Assembly (NCBI GenBank): GCA_004299275.1
Contig: SCSU01000066.1
Coordinates: forward strand, 14,277-78,276
Direction: 5' to 3'
From: Patescibacteria group bacterium
GTDB lineage: Bacteria; Patescibacteriota; Patescibacteriia; 2-12-FULL-57-11
DNA: 64,000 nt
A model generated the notes under the pieces. That model was not told where the DNA came from. It saw only the letters and a program-made list of their open reading frames with translations, and made no database searches. Each line of letters starts with the position of its first letter. Position 1 is the first letter of the stretch. Positions 49,447 to 59,621 of this stretch are shown here, in pieces. The translations under genes were made by a program, and so were the position numbers.

Positions 49447-49758
49447 TTAACTGACGGCCGCCGGTTCGGCTTCCTTTTTCGTTTCGTCTTTTTTTGGAGG
49501 TGGCACTATTTGGCGCTTTTTCCCCTCCACCAAGTTTAGGGAAAGCAAAAGATTCCAGACCGTGTCCGAGGTTTGCGCGCCGCGGCTGAGCCAATGACGG
49601 ACGCGTTCGGCGTCGAAGTCGGCTTTTTTGGTGCGGGGGTTGTAGTTGCCGAGGATTTCCACAGCCACGCCCCAGGGGTCGCGGGCCTTCTCCGACACAA
49701 TCAGCCGATAGTAGGGTTGTTTTGTTTTTCCCGTGCGGGAGAGACGGATGGTTAACAT
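49447..49758 (-). CDS. rpsP: 30S ribosomal protein S16
   Basis: MLTIRLSRTGKTKQPYYRLIV...GNYNP. Confidence 0.95.
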   Translation of the reverse strand: MLTIRLSRTGKTKQPYYRLIVSEKARDPWGVAVEILGNYNPRTKKADFDAERVRHWLSRGAQTSDTVWNLLLSLNLVEGKKRQIVPPPKKDETKKEAEPAAVS

Positions 49759-49911
49759 GAGGTTAGTAGTTGGAGGTTAGAGGTTAGAGGTTGGATGTGG
49801 GGACTTTTTTGACTGGTTGAGTATAGGGGAGCAGCGGCCGGGAGTCAAGAGTTTGCCGACCGCGATGACAAAACGGCCTGGCTCTGTTACATTCCTCTCC
49901 GGAGGTGTCCG

Positions 49912-50154
49912 TTGTGGTGGTTTATTGCGGCGCTGTTCGCCTCAATGGGCGCGCTAACGGCAATCGCGCTCTGGCGTCGTCGGCGGACTCAAAAGTCTGA
50001 GCTCCGGCGTGCGAGCGTTGATGACCTCTTGGCGCGGGTCAAGCAAAAAGATGTCGAAATTCGCGAGACGCGCCGCGACCCCGGGACTTACCCGGTTTGG
50101 CCGGGTTATCTCGGGGAGGACGACGATGATGAGCCGGATGGCATCATCCACTAG
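49912..50154 (+). CDS. small membrane protein, hypothetical
   Basis: One TM helix and an acidic C-terminal tail. Confidence 0.4.
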   Translation: MWWFIAALFASMGALTAIALWRRRRTQKSELRRASVDDLLARVKQKDVEIRETRRDPGTYPVWPGYLGEDDDDEPDGIIH

Positions 50155-50217
50155 CGCGCGCGGACTCGGCCTGTTCTTCGGAGCAGGCATTTTTTTATTG
50201 GAGTTCAATCAGGTAGA

Positions 50218-51510
50218 ATGGATGCAATTAAGGCAATTATGAAAAAACGAATCCGCGGCTGGCTCGGCCGTTTTTGGAAGATTCTCGGCCCGGGGGTCAT
50301 CACCGGCGCTTCGGACGACGACCCATCGGGTATTGTGACCTACGCCATTGCCGGGGCGAAGGGCGGGTTTTCATTGCTTTGGACGGCCTGGCTCACCACC
50401 CCGCTTATGGCCGCGGTTCAGGAGATGTGCGCGCGAATCGGAATCGTGACCGGCAAGGGGCTCGCCGGAGTGATGAAGCGCCGTTACCCTCGTCCGCTCC
50501 TTTGGCTCGTGGCGATTTTGGTGGTCGGTGCTAACACAATAAACATCGGCGCCAACATCGGCGGCATGGCCGAGGCCACCGCCCTGCTCGTGCCCTTGCC
50601 CCAGATTTTTTTGGGTTTTGTTTTTACCATTTTAATCGTCGGGCTGATGATTTATCTCCCTTACCGCAAAATTGCCGGCTCTCTCAAATGGCTGACTTTC
50701 GCGCTTTTCGCTTACATTCTGGCGGCTTTCGCCAGCCGTCCAGATTGGCTAGTCGTCCTCTCCCAAACTTTTACCCCAAAAATTCAATGGAACGGTGAAA
50801 CCTTGGTTTTGCTCACCGCGATTTTGGGCACCACCATTTCTCCCTACCTTTTCTTTTGGCAGACCTCCGAGGAGGTGGAAGAACGGACGGAGAAAAGCAG
50901 GTTCCGCTTCCAGCACCACATTGTCACGCGGCAGGAATTAAAACAGATGCGCGAGGACGTTAATCTGGGGATGGTTTTTTCCAATTTGGTGATGTTTTTT
51001 ATTATGGTCAACGCCGGCACGGTTTTCCACAGTCGTGGTATCACCGAGCTCGCGACCGCCGGTCAAGTCGCCTCGGCGCTCGAACCGCTGGTCGGGCAAT
51101 TCGCCTCAATAATTTTTTCGCTGGGGATTATCGGCACCGGACTTATTTCCATCCCGGTCTTGGCCGGTTCTGCGGCTTATGTCGCGGCCGAGACCTTTGG
51201 CTTGAGCGAGGGACTCGGCAAACGCTTCCAGCAAGCCCGGGCTTTCTACGGCATCATCGCTCTGGCCACCTTTGTCGGTTTTGCCATGAATTTTTTCGGC
51301 ATCAGCCCGGTGCGGGCGCTGTTTGCCACGGCCGTGATTTTTGGCCTTATTGCGCCGCTCCTGATTTTGCTCATCTTGGACATCGCCAACCGGCGCGAGG
51401 TGATGGGCGGAAAGATTAATAACTGGTTCCAGAATCTGCTGGGCTCGGCGGCGTTCTTGATAATGTTTTTTTCGGCGCTCGCCACCGGGGCGGTTTTTTT
51501 GGTGAAGTGA
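50218..51510 (+). CDS. mntH: Nramp-family divalent metal transporter
   Basis: GPGVITGASDDDPSGI...MAAVQEM consensus; 11-12 TM helices. Confidence 0.9.
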   Translation: MDAIKAIMKKRIRGWLGRFWKILGPGVITGASDDDPSGIVTYAIAGAKGGFSLLWTAWLTTPLMAAVQEMCARIGIVTGKGLAGVMKRRYPRPLLWLVAILVVGANTINIGANIGGMAEATALLVPLPQIFLGFVFTILIVGLMIYLPYRKIAGSLKWLTFALFAYILAAFASRPDWLVVLSQTFTPKIQWNGETLVLLTAILGTTISPYLFFWQTSEEVEERTEKSRFRFQHHIVTRQELKQMREDVNLGMVFSNLVMFFIMVNAGTVFHSRGITELATAGQVASALEPLVGQFASIIFSLGIIGTGLISIPVLAGSAAYVAAETFGLSEGLGKRFQQARAFYGIIALATFVGFAMNFFGISPVRALFATAVIFGLIAPLLILLILDIANRREVMGGKINNWFQNLLGSAAFLIMFFSALATGAVFLVK

Positions 51511-51564
51511 ATTATAAAAATACCGGACTCAGGCATAATATCAGAGTCTGGTTTTCATTTTATA

Positions 51565-51735
51565 CTATGAGGCCGTTGCAAAATCCCGTTTTGTCTGTCA
51601 TTCCTGCGCAGGCAGGAATCCAGAAGTGGAAAGATGCGGGGTAAACTCCGGCAGGAATCCAGACGGTTGTTTTTAAGCGAATTTTCTGGATCCCGCATCA
51701 AGTGCGGGATGACAGGTTTATAGTTTTGCAATAAT
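51565..51735. repeat. palindromic CCGTTGCAAAA...TTTTGCAA element with internal inverted repeats (caggaatccaga x2)
   Basis: gaggccgttgcaaaatcccg ... agttttgcaataa; sits between the convergent genes mntH and smc. Confidence 0.5.
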
Positions 51736-51737
51736 CT

Positions 51738-53990
51738 CTATCTCTCTTTCACTTCCTCCAGACTTACCGAAAGGAGCTGGCTCGTGCCGTCCTCGCGCAT
51801 GGTGACGCCGTAGAGGATGGCCGACTTTTCCATGGTGTAGCGGTTGTGAGTAATCACGATAAATTGCGATTTGGCCGAGAGTTCGTCAACGATGGCGGCA
51901 AAGCGGATGGAGTTGGACTCGTCGAGCGCCGCGTCCACCTCGTCTAAGACCACGAACGGGGAAGGGTTGTTGGAGATGATGGCCGAGACCAGAGCGATGG
52001 CGGTCATCGCCCGTTCGCCGCCCGAGAGCATGGTGGTGGACTTAATCCGTTTGCCGGGCGGGTTGGCCGAAATCTCAATAGAGTAATTTTCGCTGGCGAA
52101 TTTTTCCGCGATGGTCTTGGGTTTTTCTTCCGGCGCTTCACCCTGCTCCAGCGCTTCTTCTGCCGGAGTATGCTCCGGTTCGAGACGATGCTTGGCGAGC
52201 GAGGCTGTGCCGCCGCTGAAGAGGATTTTGAAGTAGCGGCCGAAGTCGTCGGAAAGCTTGGTAAAAGCGCGCTCGAATTGTTCTTCGATCTGCCGGTTGA
52301 GTTCGGTGATGATTTTTTCCAGATCGTTTAGAGAGCGGCGCAAATCATCGGATTGGGTTTTTAGAAAATTGTAGCGTTCGCTGGTCTCCCGGTGTTCTTT
52401 GACGGTTTCGGGGTCAATGCCGCCGATTAGCTCCAAATTGTATTTGAGTTTTTGGATACGGGCTTGCGCTTCGACCACGTCGATTGCCGCCGCCTCGCCG
52501 CCGGAGCTCCCTTCGGCGCGGACGCGCTCCAGCCGTTCGCGGAGTTCCGCCACCATTTCCTGTTCCAGCGACTCTCTTCTGGTCTCGTGGCGCGCCATCT
52601 CCACTTTGATTTCATTTTCCCGACTTTCCAGAGTATGCAGTTCCGCGAGTTTCGTCTCGAGCCGGCGCTGGGCGCCAAAGATGGCTGACTTTTTTTCTTT
52701 TTCCTCGTCGCCGCGTTTTTCGAGCGACTTCGCCGCCGCCGCGAGTTCAGAGTCAAGCTTGGCCAGTTGATTTTTTATTTCGCGGCTTTCGGCCTCGAGC
52801 TTCGGGTCAATTTTCCTTTGACCTTCGGCCTGGGGCGGATGCTCCAGACGATCAACCAATTCGGCGCCCGCCTCGGCGAGCCGTTCCGCTTCCTTGGCCA
52901 GGGCGCGCGCCTCCTCGAGGGTTTTAGCCTCGGCTATCCGCCGCGCCAGCGCCGCGCAGTTTTGGCGGAGGTCCTGCACTTCGCGGATGATTTGGGTGAG
53001 CGGCAAGGGGATGGGGAGTTCAGCAACGCTCTCGGCGCGCATAATGGCGCTTTCAATTTCCAAAAGCCGCGACTGCAGTCTGTTCTTTTCCTTTAAGATC
53101 GCCTGCGAGCGTTCCTGAAATTTAATCAGTTCGCCGGCGCGCGTCTCCTCCTTTTCCAGCCCGGCGAATTCGGCGCGGATTACCTCCACTTCTTTTTGCT
53201 TTTGCTCGCGGGTGGCCGCCGCGGCCGCGAGCAGTCCTTCCGTTTTTTTGATTTTTTCCGCGAGTTCGCGCCAAAGAGTCAGGTAATAGGCCTGCTGGAG
53301 ACCTTGGAGTTCTGCTTCAATCGTCTGCCGTTCCTCCAGTTTTTTGACCATGCGGTTCAGCGTTCTGAGGCGCGGTTCAATTTCGCGGATAAGTTCCATG
53401 GCGCGGAACAGGTTTTCCTCGGTGAGGCGCAGTTTGGCCAGCGACTGCTCCTTTTTGATTTGGAACGGTTTGACTCCGGTGGCCTCGTCAAAAAATTCTT
53501 TGCGCTCCTCGGGCGAGAGTTGGAGAATGGACTCAATCATCCCTTGGCCAATGACCGAGTAATGCCGTTCGCCGAAGTTGGCCCGGGCCAAAAGGAGCTG
53601 GATGTCCGCGAGCCGGACTTTACTCTTGTTAATCAAGTACTCGGACTCGCCGTCGCGGTAGAGGCGTCTCGTAATCGCGACCTCGGGGTATTCGATGTCC
53701 ACCTTGCGGTCTTCGTTATTCAAAAACAAGGTGACTTCGGCAAAACCGGAACGGGCTTTTTTGCCCGAGCCGGAAAAAATAACATCCTCCGACTTTTTGC
53801 CGCGGAGTAGCTTTAGCGATTGTTCGCCGAGAACCCAGCGGATGGCGTCGGCGACGTTGGACTTGCCCGAGCCGTTCGGGCCGACGATGGCGGTCACGCC
53901 CTTGGTTTGGGCGCTGCGGCCGACAAACTCAAGCGTCGTCCGAGCGGCGAACGACTTAAACCCCTGCATTTCAAGTTTTTGCAGAAACAT
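51738..53990 (-). CDS. smc: SMC-family chromosome segregation ATPase, short form (750 aa)
   Basis: N-terminal Walker A GPNGSGKSN and C-terminal signature LSGGERAMTAIALV plus Walker B VLDEVDAALD; coiled coil much shorter than in canonical SMC. Confidence 0.8.
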   Translation of the reverse strand: MFLQKLEMQGFKSFAARTTLEFVGRSAQTKGVTAIVGPNGSGKSNVADAIRWVLGEQSLKLLRGKKSEDVIFSGSGKKARSGFAEVTLFLNNEDRKVDIEYPEVAITRRLYRDGESEYLINKSKVRLADIQLLLARANFGERHYSVIGQGMIESILQLSPEERKEFFDEATGVKPFQIKKEQSLAKLRLTEENLFRAMELIREIEPRLRTLNRMVKKLEERQTIEAELQGLQQAYYLTLWRELAEKIKKTEGLLAAAAATREQKQKEVEVIRAEFAGLEKEETRAGELIKFQERSQAILKEKNRLQSRLLEIESAIMRAESVAELPIPLPLTQIIREVQDLRQNCAALARRIAEAKTLEEARALAKEAERLAEAGAELVDRLEHPPQAEGQRKIDPKLEAESREIKNQLAKLDSELAAAAKSLEKRGDEEKEKKSAIFGAQRRLETKLAELHTLESRENEIKVEMARHETRRESLEQEMVAELRERLERVRAEGSSGGEAAAIDVVEAQARIQKLKYNLELIGGIDPETVKEHRETSERYNFLKTQSDDLRRSLNDLEKIITELNRQIEEQFERAFTKLSDDFGRYFKILFSGGTASLAKHRLEPEHTPAEEALEQGEAPEEKPKTIAEKFASENYSIEISANPPGKRIKSTTMLSGGERAMTAIALVSAIISNNPSPFVVLDEVDAALDESNSIRFAAIVDELSAKSQFIVITHNRYTMEKSAILYGVTMREDGTSQLLSVSLEEVKER

Positions 53991-54023
53991 GGGGATAGTA
54001 TATAGAAAAAAAGGAGTGAATTA

Positions 54024-54040
54024 CAGACGTTGAACGTCTG
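54024..54040. repeat. CAGACGTTGAACGTCTG hairpin (TTGAA-loop family), left flank of the small zinc-ribbon gene
   Basis: Identical copy at 54472-54488; a degenerate copy at 60661-60677. Confidence 0.7.
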
Positions 54041-54145
54041 TAGGGGGATCTGACACAGGGTCTTGCCGCGCCGGTCCTTATTAGCTTATAGTTTTGGTGT
54101 AGGCGCTGACGAACTGTCAGGTCGGCATCAAGGGAGTTCATTGAG

Positions 54146-54409
54146 ATGAATATCGCGATAATCATCTGGGTCCTGTCTGTTGTTCTGACATTCATCGGGA
54201 TCCCGCTGACGATCTTTCTCTGGTTCAAATACCAGAAGTACAAAGACGGCCACTGTCCTGACTGCAAAACGCCACTCGAGAAGGGGGAGACTAGGACGGA
54301 TGTAGCTATCAGCAGCGGCTTCTTCGAGGACCAGACGGACTTGCATTGTCCTCGTTGCAAGAAGATCGCCAGGGTCGAGCATTACAACAGTTGGATGTAC
54401 GGCAACTGA
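54146..54409 (+). CDS. small membrane protein with two CxxC pairs (zinc-ribbon)
   Basis: TM helix; CPDC...CPRC. Confidence 0.5.
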   Translation: MNIAIIIWVLSVVLTFIGIPLTIFLWFKYQKYKDGHCPDCKTPLEKGETRTDVAISSGFFEDQTDLHCPRCKKIARVEHYNSWMYGN

Positions 54410-54471
54410 TGCCCCGCAGTCCTCGGTCCCGGACACGACGATGTCCGGTTTTTTATACCGAAAGTTGGTTA

Positions 54472-54488
54472 CAGACGTTGAACGTCTG
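54472..54488. repeat. CAGACGTTGAACGTCTG hairpin, right flank
   Basis: Exact repeat of 54024-54040. Confidence 0.7.
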
Positions 54489-54518
54489 GGTCTTTTATGG
54501 TAGGGTCAGACCTTCTAT

Positions 54519-55484
54519 ATGATGGATCGACTTTACCGACAGGCCTACCAAACGGCGCTCGCCGCGCGGCATCCGCTGTTGGTTTCCCATCCCAAACCCG
54601 ACGGGGATACTCTCGGAGCGATGCTCGCTTTCGGCGCCACTCTTGAGGCCGCGGGCAAAACGCACACCCGTTTTTGCGCTGACGCGGTGCCCAGACAGTA
54701 TCGCTTTATGGCCGGAGTGGAGCGGGTGACGGCGGACCGCGAGGCCGTCGGCCGGAGCTCTCCCGACGCGGTTTTTGTTTTTGACGCCGGCGACCTCAAA
54801 TATGCCGGCATTGAAGAGCTGATTCGCGAACTCGGCCGCCCGAAAATAGTGAACATTGACCACCACAATTCCAACCAACGCTACGGCGACATCAACGTGG
54901 TTGTTCCGGACGCTTCTTCCACCGCCGAAGTGGTCCATCGCCTGCTCGCCGCGAATGGCGCCATCGTGGACCGCGAAATCGCCACCTGTCTCTTAACCGG
55001 ACTCTGCACCGATACTTCCAATTTCAGCAACCCGGCGACGTCAGCCAGCGCGCTCAAGCTCGGCGCCGAACTCCTCCGGCGCGGGGCCAAATTTGCCGCC
55101 GTGCAGAAGTATTTATTTCAAAATAAGTCGGCGGCCGCCTTGCGCCTTTGGGGAATCGCGCTCTCGCGGCTTACGGTCAACGAAAAGTACGGCCTCGCTT
55201 TTACGGTGATTACGGAAAACGATTTGGAACACACAGCCGCCAAGGGCGAAATCACGGAAGGCATCTCCAATTTTTTAAACGCCGTGCTCAATGTGCCGAC
55301 GGTGCTGGTTTTGCGCGAAGACGCCGGCGGGCTAGTCCGCGGCTCGCTCCGGACCAACGGCGGACGCGACGTGAGCCGTTTGGCGCAAGCGCTCGGCGGT
55401 GGCGGGCACAAAAAGGCGGCCGGGTTTACCATTAAAGGGCGGCTGGTCGAGGAGCAGGGGAATTGGAAAATAAAACAGTTTTAA
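54519..55484 (+). CDS. nrnA: DHH-family phosphoesterase (NrnA-like nanoRNase/pAp phosphatase)
   Basis: DHHNSNQRYGD DHH motif and GGGH in the DHHA1 domain. Confidence 0.85.
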   Translation: MMDRLYRQAYQTALAARHPLLVSHPKPDGDTLGAMLAFGATLEAAGKTHTRFCADAVPRQYRFMAGVERVTADREAVGRSSPDAVFVFDAGDLKYAGIEELIRELGRPKIVNIDHHNSNQRYGDINVVVPDASSTAEVVHRLLAANGAIVDREIATCLLTGLCTDTSNFSNPATSASALKLGAELLRRGAKFAAVQKYLFQNKSAAALRLWGIALSRLTVNEKYGLAFTVITENDLEHTAAKGEITEGISNFLNAVLNVPTVLVLREDAGGLVRGSLRTNGGRDVSRLAQALGGGGHKKAAGFTIKGRLVEEQGNWKIKQF

Positions 55485-55757
55485 GAGAATAAAATTTTTG
55501 TTCTGTGCGTAAGATGTGGGCAGAGCTGTGGGTAACAGGCCAAATGGGCGCTGATTTCGCTTGACCGCGCACAAAAACGATGATATATTTATCCTTCCCA
55601 CATTATGCCCGGTAGTGAAACGCCGACAGTGTTACTAAAGCAAAGTTTCTCCTGGACAATGCAGTATATTCCAGAACAGAGGCTGATAATATTAAAGTAA
55701 AGTTCGCTTGCTGAACCCCGCCTAGCGGGGTTCAGAGTCGGCGTTCTACTACCGGGT

Positions 55758-56360
55758 ATGAGCAATCCTTACGAAATTCGCAGTCAATTTTTGATTCCGA
55801 CAGTGATTGAAAAAACTTCCTACGGCGAACGGGCTTATGATATTTATTCCCGTTTACTTAAGGACCGCATAATTTTTCTCGGTGACGAAATCCATGACGG
55901 CCTGGCCAACACCGTCATCGCCCAGATGCTTTTTTTGGAAAGCCAGGACAAAGAAAAAGACATTAAGCTCTACATCAATTCTCCGGGCGGCTCGGTGACC
56001 GCCGGCATGGCGGTCTACGACACCATGCAGTACATCAAGCCGGATGTTTCCACCATCTGTATCGGCTTGTCCGCCTCGATGTCGGCCATCCTGCTCGCCG
56101 CGGGAAAAAAGGGGAAGCGTTTTGTCCTGCCCAATTCCGAAATCATGATTCACCAGATTATGGGCGGCGCCGAGGGTCAGGCCACGGACATCAAAATCCG
56201 CGCCGAGCGCATTCTCAAAATGAAGCAACGTTTAAACGAGCTTTTGGCCCGCCACACCGGGCAAAAAATTGAAAAGGTGGAAAAGGACTCCGACCGCGAT
56301 TATTTTATGTCGCCGACCGAGGCGGTTGCCTATGGTTTGGCGGACAAGATCATCTCTTAG
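55758..56360 (+). CDS. clpP: ATP-dependent Clp protease proteolytic subunit
   Basis: [15 protein letters not shown]..., catalytic Ser/His/Asp context, IMIHQ. Confidence 0.95.
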   Translation: MSNPYEIRSQFLIPTVIEKTSYGERAYDIYSRLLKDRIIFLGDEIHDGLANTVIAQMLFLESQDKEKDIKLYINSPGGSVTAGMAVYDTMQYIKPDVSTICIGLSASMSAILLAAGKKGKRFVLPNSEIMIHQIMGGAEGQATDIKIRAERILKMKQRLNELLARHTGQKIEKVEKDSDRDYFMSPTEAVAYGLADKIIS

Positions 56361-56484
56361 CCCGTTGCAAAACTCGCGATCTGTCGGCTTGCGTGGCCCC
56401 GCCACCCCCTCAACGTACGTTTTAAGTACGCCTCGGGGGCTGGCTACCCCGCGTGCCGACATCTCATCAAGTTTTGCAACGGTC
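56361..56484. repeat. ~125-bp imperfect palindromic element CCGTTGCAAAACT...AGTTTTGCAACGG
   Basis: agcccgttgcaaaactcgcgatctgtcggc...gccgacatctcatcaagttttgcaacggtctg; second family member at 51565-51735. Confidence 0.55.
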
Positions 56485-56892
56485 TGCGTGCCCTCTTGAC
56501 AGTAAAAACACGCTGTGATAACTTATCGGGTCGCACTGCTTAAGGTTTGGCTTTCCCAAACCGCTCCGACGTGAGGTCGGGGCATAAGCGACTCCTCATG
56601 TCCCCGCCTTGGCGGGGTTGCGGACGAGCGCTTTATTTATGCCGAGAGACCAGCGCTCACGACAAGCATGGAGGCTCGTAACAGGTTTACTCTGGCCTCG
56701 GCTAGATTTCTCCTGCTTCGAACCTTCTTGAGCGCTGTACGTTCGGCAAAAAGAGAGCTCTCCTTTGCGCCAAAAAATCCCCCGCGGGGGATTTTTGGTT
56801 TTTTACCACCTTCGCCGAAAGCCACGGGTGAATACCCGTGGCTGCATGTGGAAAGGATAACCCACCGGTAGCCTAAGCGAAGGCGGGTGTGC

Positions 56893-58815
56893 TCAATTTG
56901 TCTTGTTCGGCGTGCCGGTGGTGTTGGTGCTCGGCGCGGGGATGTCCGCGGTGGGTATCATTTCGCCGTCTGTGGTTTGGCCGGCGACTTCTTCCGGCGT
57001 CGCGCCGATCATGCAGATTTGCGGCAGGGCGCGGTAATGGCTGGTAAAGACGCGTTCCGTTTTGGTCCCGTCCGATTTTTCTACGGTGTAAGTGAAGCTG
57101 GTGTCCGCGCCCTTGAAGGCGTTTTGGCACTCCTTGGTGCCGACGGGGAGGTCGGTGGTCTTGATTTCCTTCGGCGCCGGCGGTGGGTACCACTTGCTCA
57201 CGTTCGGCGCGGAGTAAGAACCCTGGCGTCCGTCCTTGGTGCCCCAAAAGACGAATCGGAGGTCGCCCATTTTTTCGTCCATCAGCGCTTGGAAGAAAAT
57301 ATAGTTCCCCGTGTCGTTCAGGAAACGGAAGTCGGGGGACGGCTCGTAGATGGTCGCGTCAGTGCCCGGGTTGCCGTTTCTTGGGTCGCTATAGTATTTC
57401 ACCACCAGCGAATGGCTGGTCCGTTGCGTTATCGGCAGGCCGCTCATCATCGCGGCGCGGAAAGTGGTGGTGCCGATCTGACAGGCGCCGCCGCCGATCT
57501 CGGGTTTAATCCGGTCGCCCTTAATCACTTTTTCCGGCAGATAGCCGCCTTCCGCGGTAAAGGGCTGGAGCGCCTTGAGCAGAGAGAATTCTTCCCCGGG
57601 CTTAATCAAAATGCCGTTCAGTTTGCGGACGGAGTTCCGGATGTTTTTGACGCGGTTGACCGGACTGCCCGCGAAATTGGAGGTGCCGACCCCGAGGATT
57701 TCTTTAATGCCGAGGTTATTGGAGGATTCGGTAGTGATTTTTGGCGCGGCAGTTTTTATCGCCAGTTCAACAATTTGAGTCTGGCCGCTTAGCCACTCTT
57801 TTTCCAAGATAGAAATTAACGCTTCGCGGTCAATCTCTTTGCCGTCGCGGCTTGCCTCAAAAGCTACCACGCGGTCATTTTTAACTTCAAAGACGGCATC
57901 AGTCGGTTCCACTTCCACCGCCGCCGCGATGGGGGAGAGGATCTCTTTGAGCTCCTCGACCGCGATACCCAGCTTGGCGTAGCCTCCGGCCTTTTGGGGA
58001 GCGATGAGCCGGGCGCGATTGAGCGCGGCGAGCTCCCATTTTTTGTCTTCAAAAACGAGCGTGAGCGGCGAATCAAAGGCGATTTTTTTGGCTTCCTCAG
58101 CAAGATCCTTGGCTTCCGAATCGGAAATCGTCGGTTCCGCTTGCCGGCTTTTAATTTTGATTGGTTCATTTTTTAGAGCAAGGAAATCTTGTTCCATCGT
58201 CTGAATCGCCGCGTCCAGGTTAAAAAAGCGTCCCGGAGAACCCGGCTGAACTCTAACGGCCAGTTTTTTGTCGCGCTCTTCACTCCATTTAAATTGCGGT
58301 TCGGAGACCGTTTTTTGCAAGGTTTCTAATTTTACGCGGAGGAGGTCAGCGGCCGCCGCGCGGTTGAGCGAAATCTGGAGCGGCAGACGGGCGGGTATAA
58401 CCAGGCTCGCCGCGGTCGTGAGCGCTCGCGCCGGCAGGAGCCCGCGGTGTCCGCGCTCCATGGCGCGGCTGAGCGTCTGGTCGGCATCCAGATGGACGAT
58501 ATCATTGGTCTGGTCCGGGTCGTTCCAGCCAAAACTGCCGCGGTCCAGAACAACACGTTGGCCGTCGGCGATAAAAACAAAGCCATTCCCGACGTATTCG
58601 TCAAAAGCGCGGTTTACCCGTTCCGCCGCTTCCGCTCGCTCGAGACCCGAGATGTCCACGCCGCCAACAGAAGTGTTGGGCAAAAATCGTCCGGTGTAAC
58701 GCTCGGCCAAAACCATTCCGGTTGTGACGGCGATGCCAGCGGCTACGAGTAAAACAAAAGCCGCGGTCAGAAGAATTTTTTTCTTTTTGCTTAGTTTTTG
58801 AAAACTTTTGTTCAC
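56893..58815 (-). CDS. VanW-family protein (N-terminal TM anchor)
   Basis: C-terminal GGGACQIGTTTFRAAMMSGLPITQRTSHS VanW signature. Confidence 0.65.
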   Translation of the reverse strand: MNKSFQKLSKKKKILLTAAFVLLVAAGIAVTTGMVLAERYTGRFLPNTSVGGVDISGLERAEAAERVNRAFDEYVGNGFVFIADGQRVVLDRGSFGWNDPDQTNDIVHLDADQTLSRAMERGHRGLLPARALTTAASLVIPARLPLQISLNRAAAADLLRVKLETLQKTVSEPQFKWSEERDKKLAVRVQPGSPGRFFNLDAAIQTMEQDFLALKNEPIKIKSRQAEPTISDSEAKDLAEEAKKIAFDSPLTLVFEDKKWELAALNRARLIAPQKAGGYAKLGIAVEELKEILSPIAAAVEVEPTDAVFEVKNDRVVAFEASRDGKEIDREALISILEKEWLSGQTQIVELAIKTAAPKITTESSNNLGIKEILGVGTSNFAGSPVNRVKNIRNSVRKLNGILIKPGEEFSLLKALQPFTAEGGYLPEKVIKGDRIKPEIGGGACQIGTTTFRAAMMSGLPITQRTSHSLVVKYYSDPRNGNPGTDATIYEPSPDFRFLNDTGNYIFFQALMDEKMGDLRFVFWGTKDGRQGSYSAPNVSKWYPPPAPKEIKTTDLPVGTKECQNAFKGADTSFTYTVEKSDGTKTERVFTSHYRALPQICMIGATPEEVAGQTTDGEMIPTADIPAPSTNTTGTPNKTN

Positions 58816-58824
58816 ATCTCTAAT

Positions 58825-59064
58825 TTATTCAGCGGCCGACGACGATTTAAGGAGCTCGTTTAACATCGCGGCCGCGAGGCGGTTCCGCTCTACTTCTTCG
58901 GTTTCGGCAGAAATGATTTTTAAGCAGAGACCGTCCGCGCCCAGCGCGGCCGGCGGCAGGTCGGCCGCGAGCCAGCGGACCTCCGCACCGTCAGGGTCGG
59001 AGAAGACGGCTTGGTCGCCGTCCAAACGGAGAAACTTTAATTTTTTTTCAAAATTTTGATTCAT
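58825..59064 (-). CDS. small hypothetical protein, downstream of hsp20
   Basis: 79-aa ORF overlapping the hsp20 stop. Confidence 0.35.
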   Translation of the reverse strand: MNQNFEKKLKFLRLDGDQAVFSDPDGAEVRWLAADLPPAALGADGLCLKIISAETEEVERNRLAAAMLNELLKSSSAAE

Positions 59065-59494
59065 GGTTGCTGAGCGGAATTTTTCCGTGCAAAACAGTCT
59101 TCGGCAGGCGAATGGTCAGAATGCCGTTTTTGAGCTCAGCCGTCGCCTCCTCGGAGCGAACCGGAGCGGGCAGGATTATTGAGCGGGAGAACGGACCCCA
59201 GTGACACTCTTGGTGCAGGGTCCGGCGCGAATCAGCGGACTCCTCCTCGGTTCTTTTTCCGCGAATCGTGAGCATATCATGGTGCAGAGAGAGGTCAAGG
59301 TCCTCGGGCCGGACGCCGGCGATGGGCGCGCGGACAACGATGGCCTCGGGGTATTCCAAGACATCAACAGAGAGTGCCCCCTCGTTTTCCGCGAGCCAGG
59401 GGTGAGTGGACGTCGCTTCCGCCGCCGCGCCGCCATCGGCGGCCCGACGGATGGGGAAAAGGGGCGTATTGGGTTGGGACCAGGGTGTTGGCAT
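59048..59494 (-). CDS. Hsp20/alpha-crystallin family small heat-shock protein
   Basis: Alpha-crystallin domain ending in the GILTIRLPK motif; start chosen at MPTPWS. The longer ORF N-terminus is encoded by the hairpin repeat. Confidence 0.8.
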   Translation of the reverse strand: MPTPWSQPNTPLFPIRRAADGGAAAEATSTHPWLAENEGALSVDVLEYPEAIVVRAPIAGVRPEDLDLSLHHDMLTIRGKRTEEESADSRRTLHQECHWGPFSRSIILPAPVRSEEATAELKNGILTIRLPKTVLHGKIPLSNHESKF

Positions 59495-59506
59495 AACCGG
59501 TACTAG

Positions 59507-59550
59507 CACAGACCTTGAAGGTACGTTTTTACAGACCTTCAAGGTCTGTG
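59507..59550. repeat. CAGACCTTGAAGGTACG / CAGACCTTCAAGGTCTG hairpin doublet, copy 4
   Basis: gcaCAGACCTTGAAGGTACgtttttaCAGACCTTCAAGGTCTGtg, in the divergent region between hsp20 and 59622. Confidence 0.75.
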
Positions 59551-59621
59551 TACCGCTTCATTATATAAAAGAGAAATGCGCTATACTATAGCTGTCGCGT
59601 TTAATCTATCCCCAGACGATT

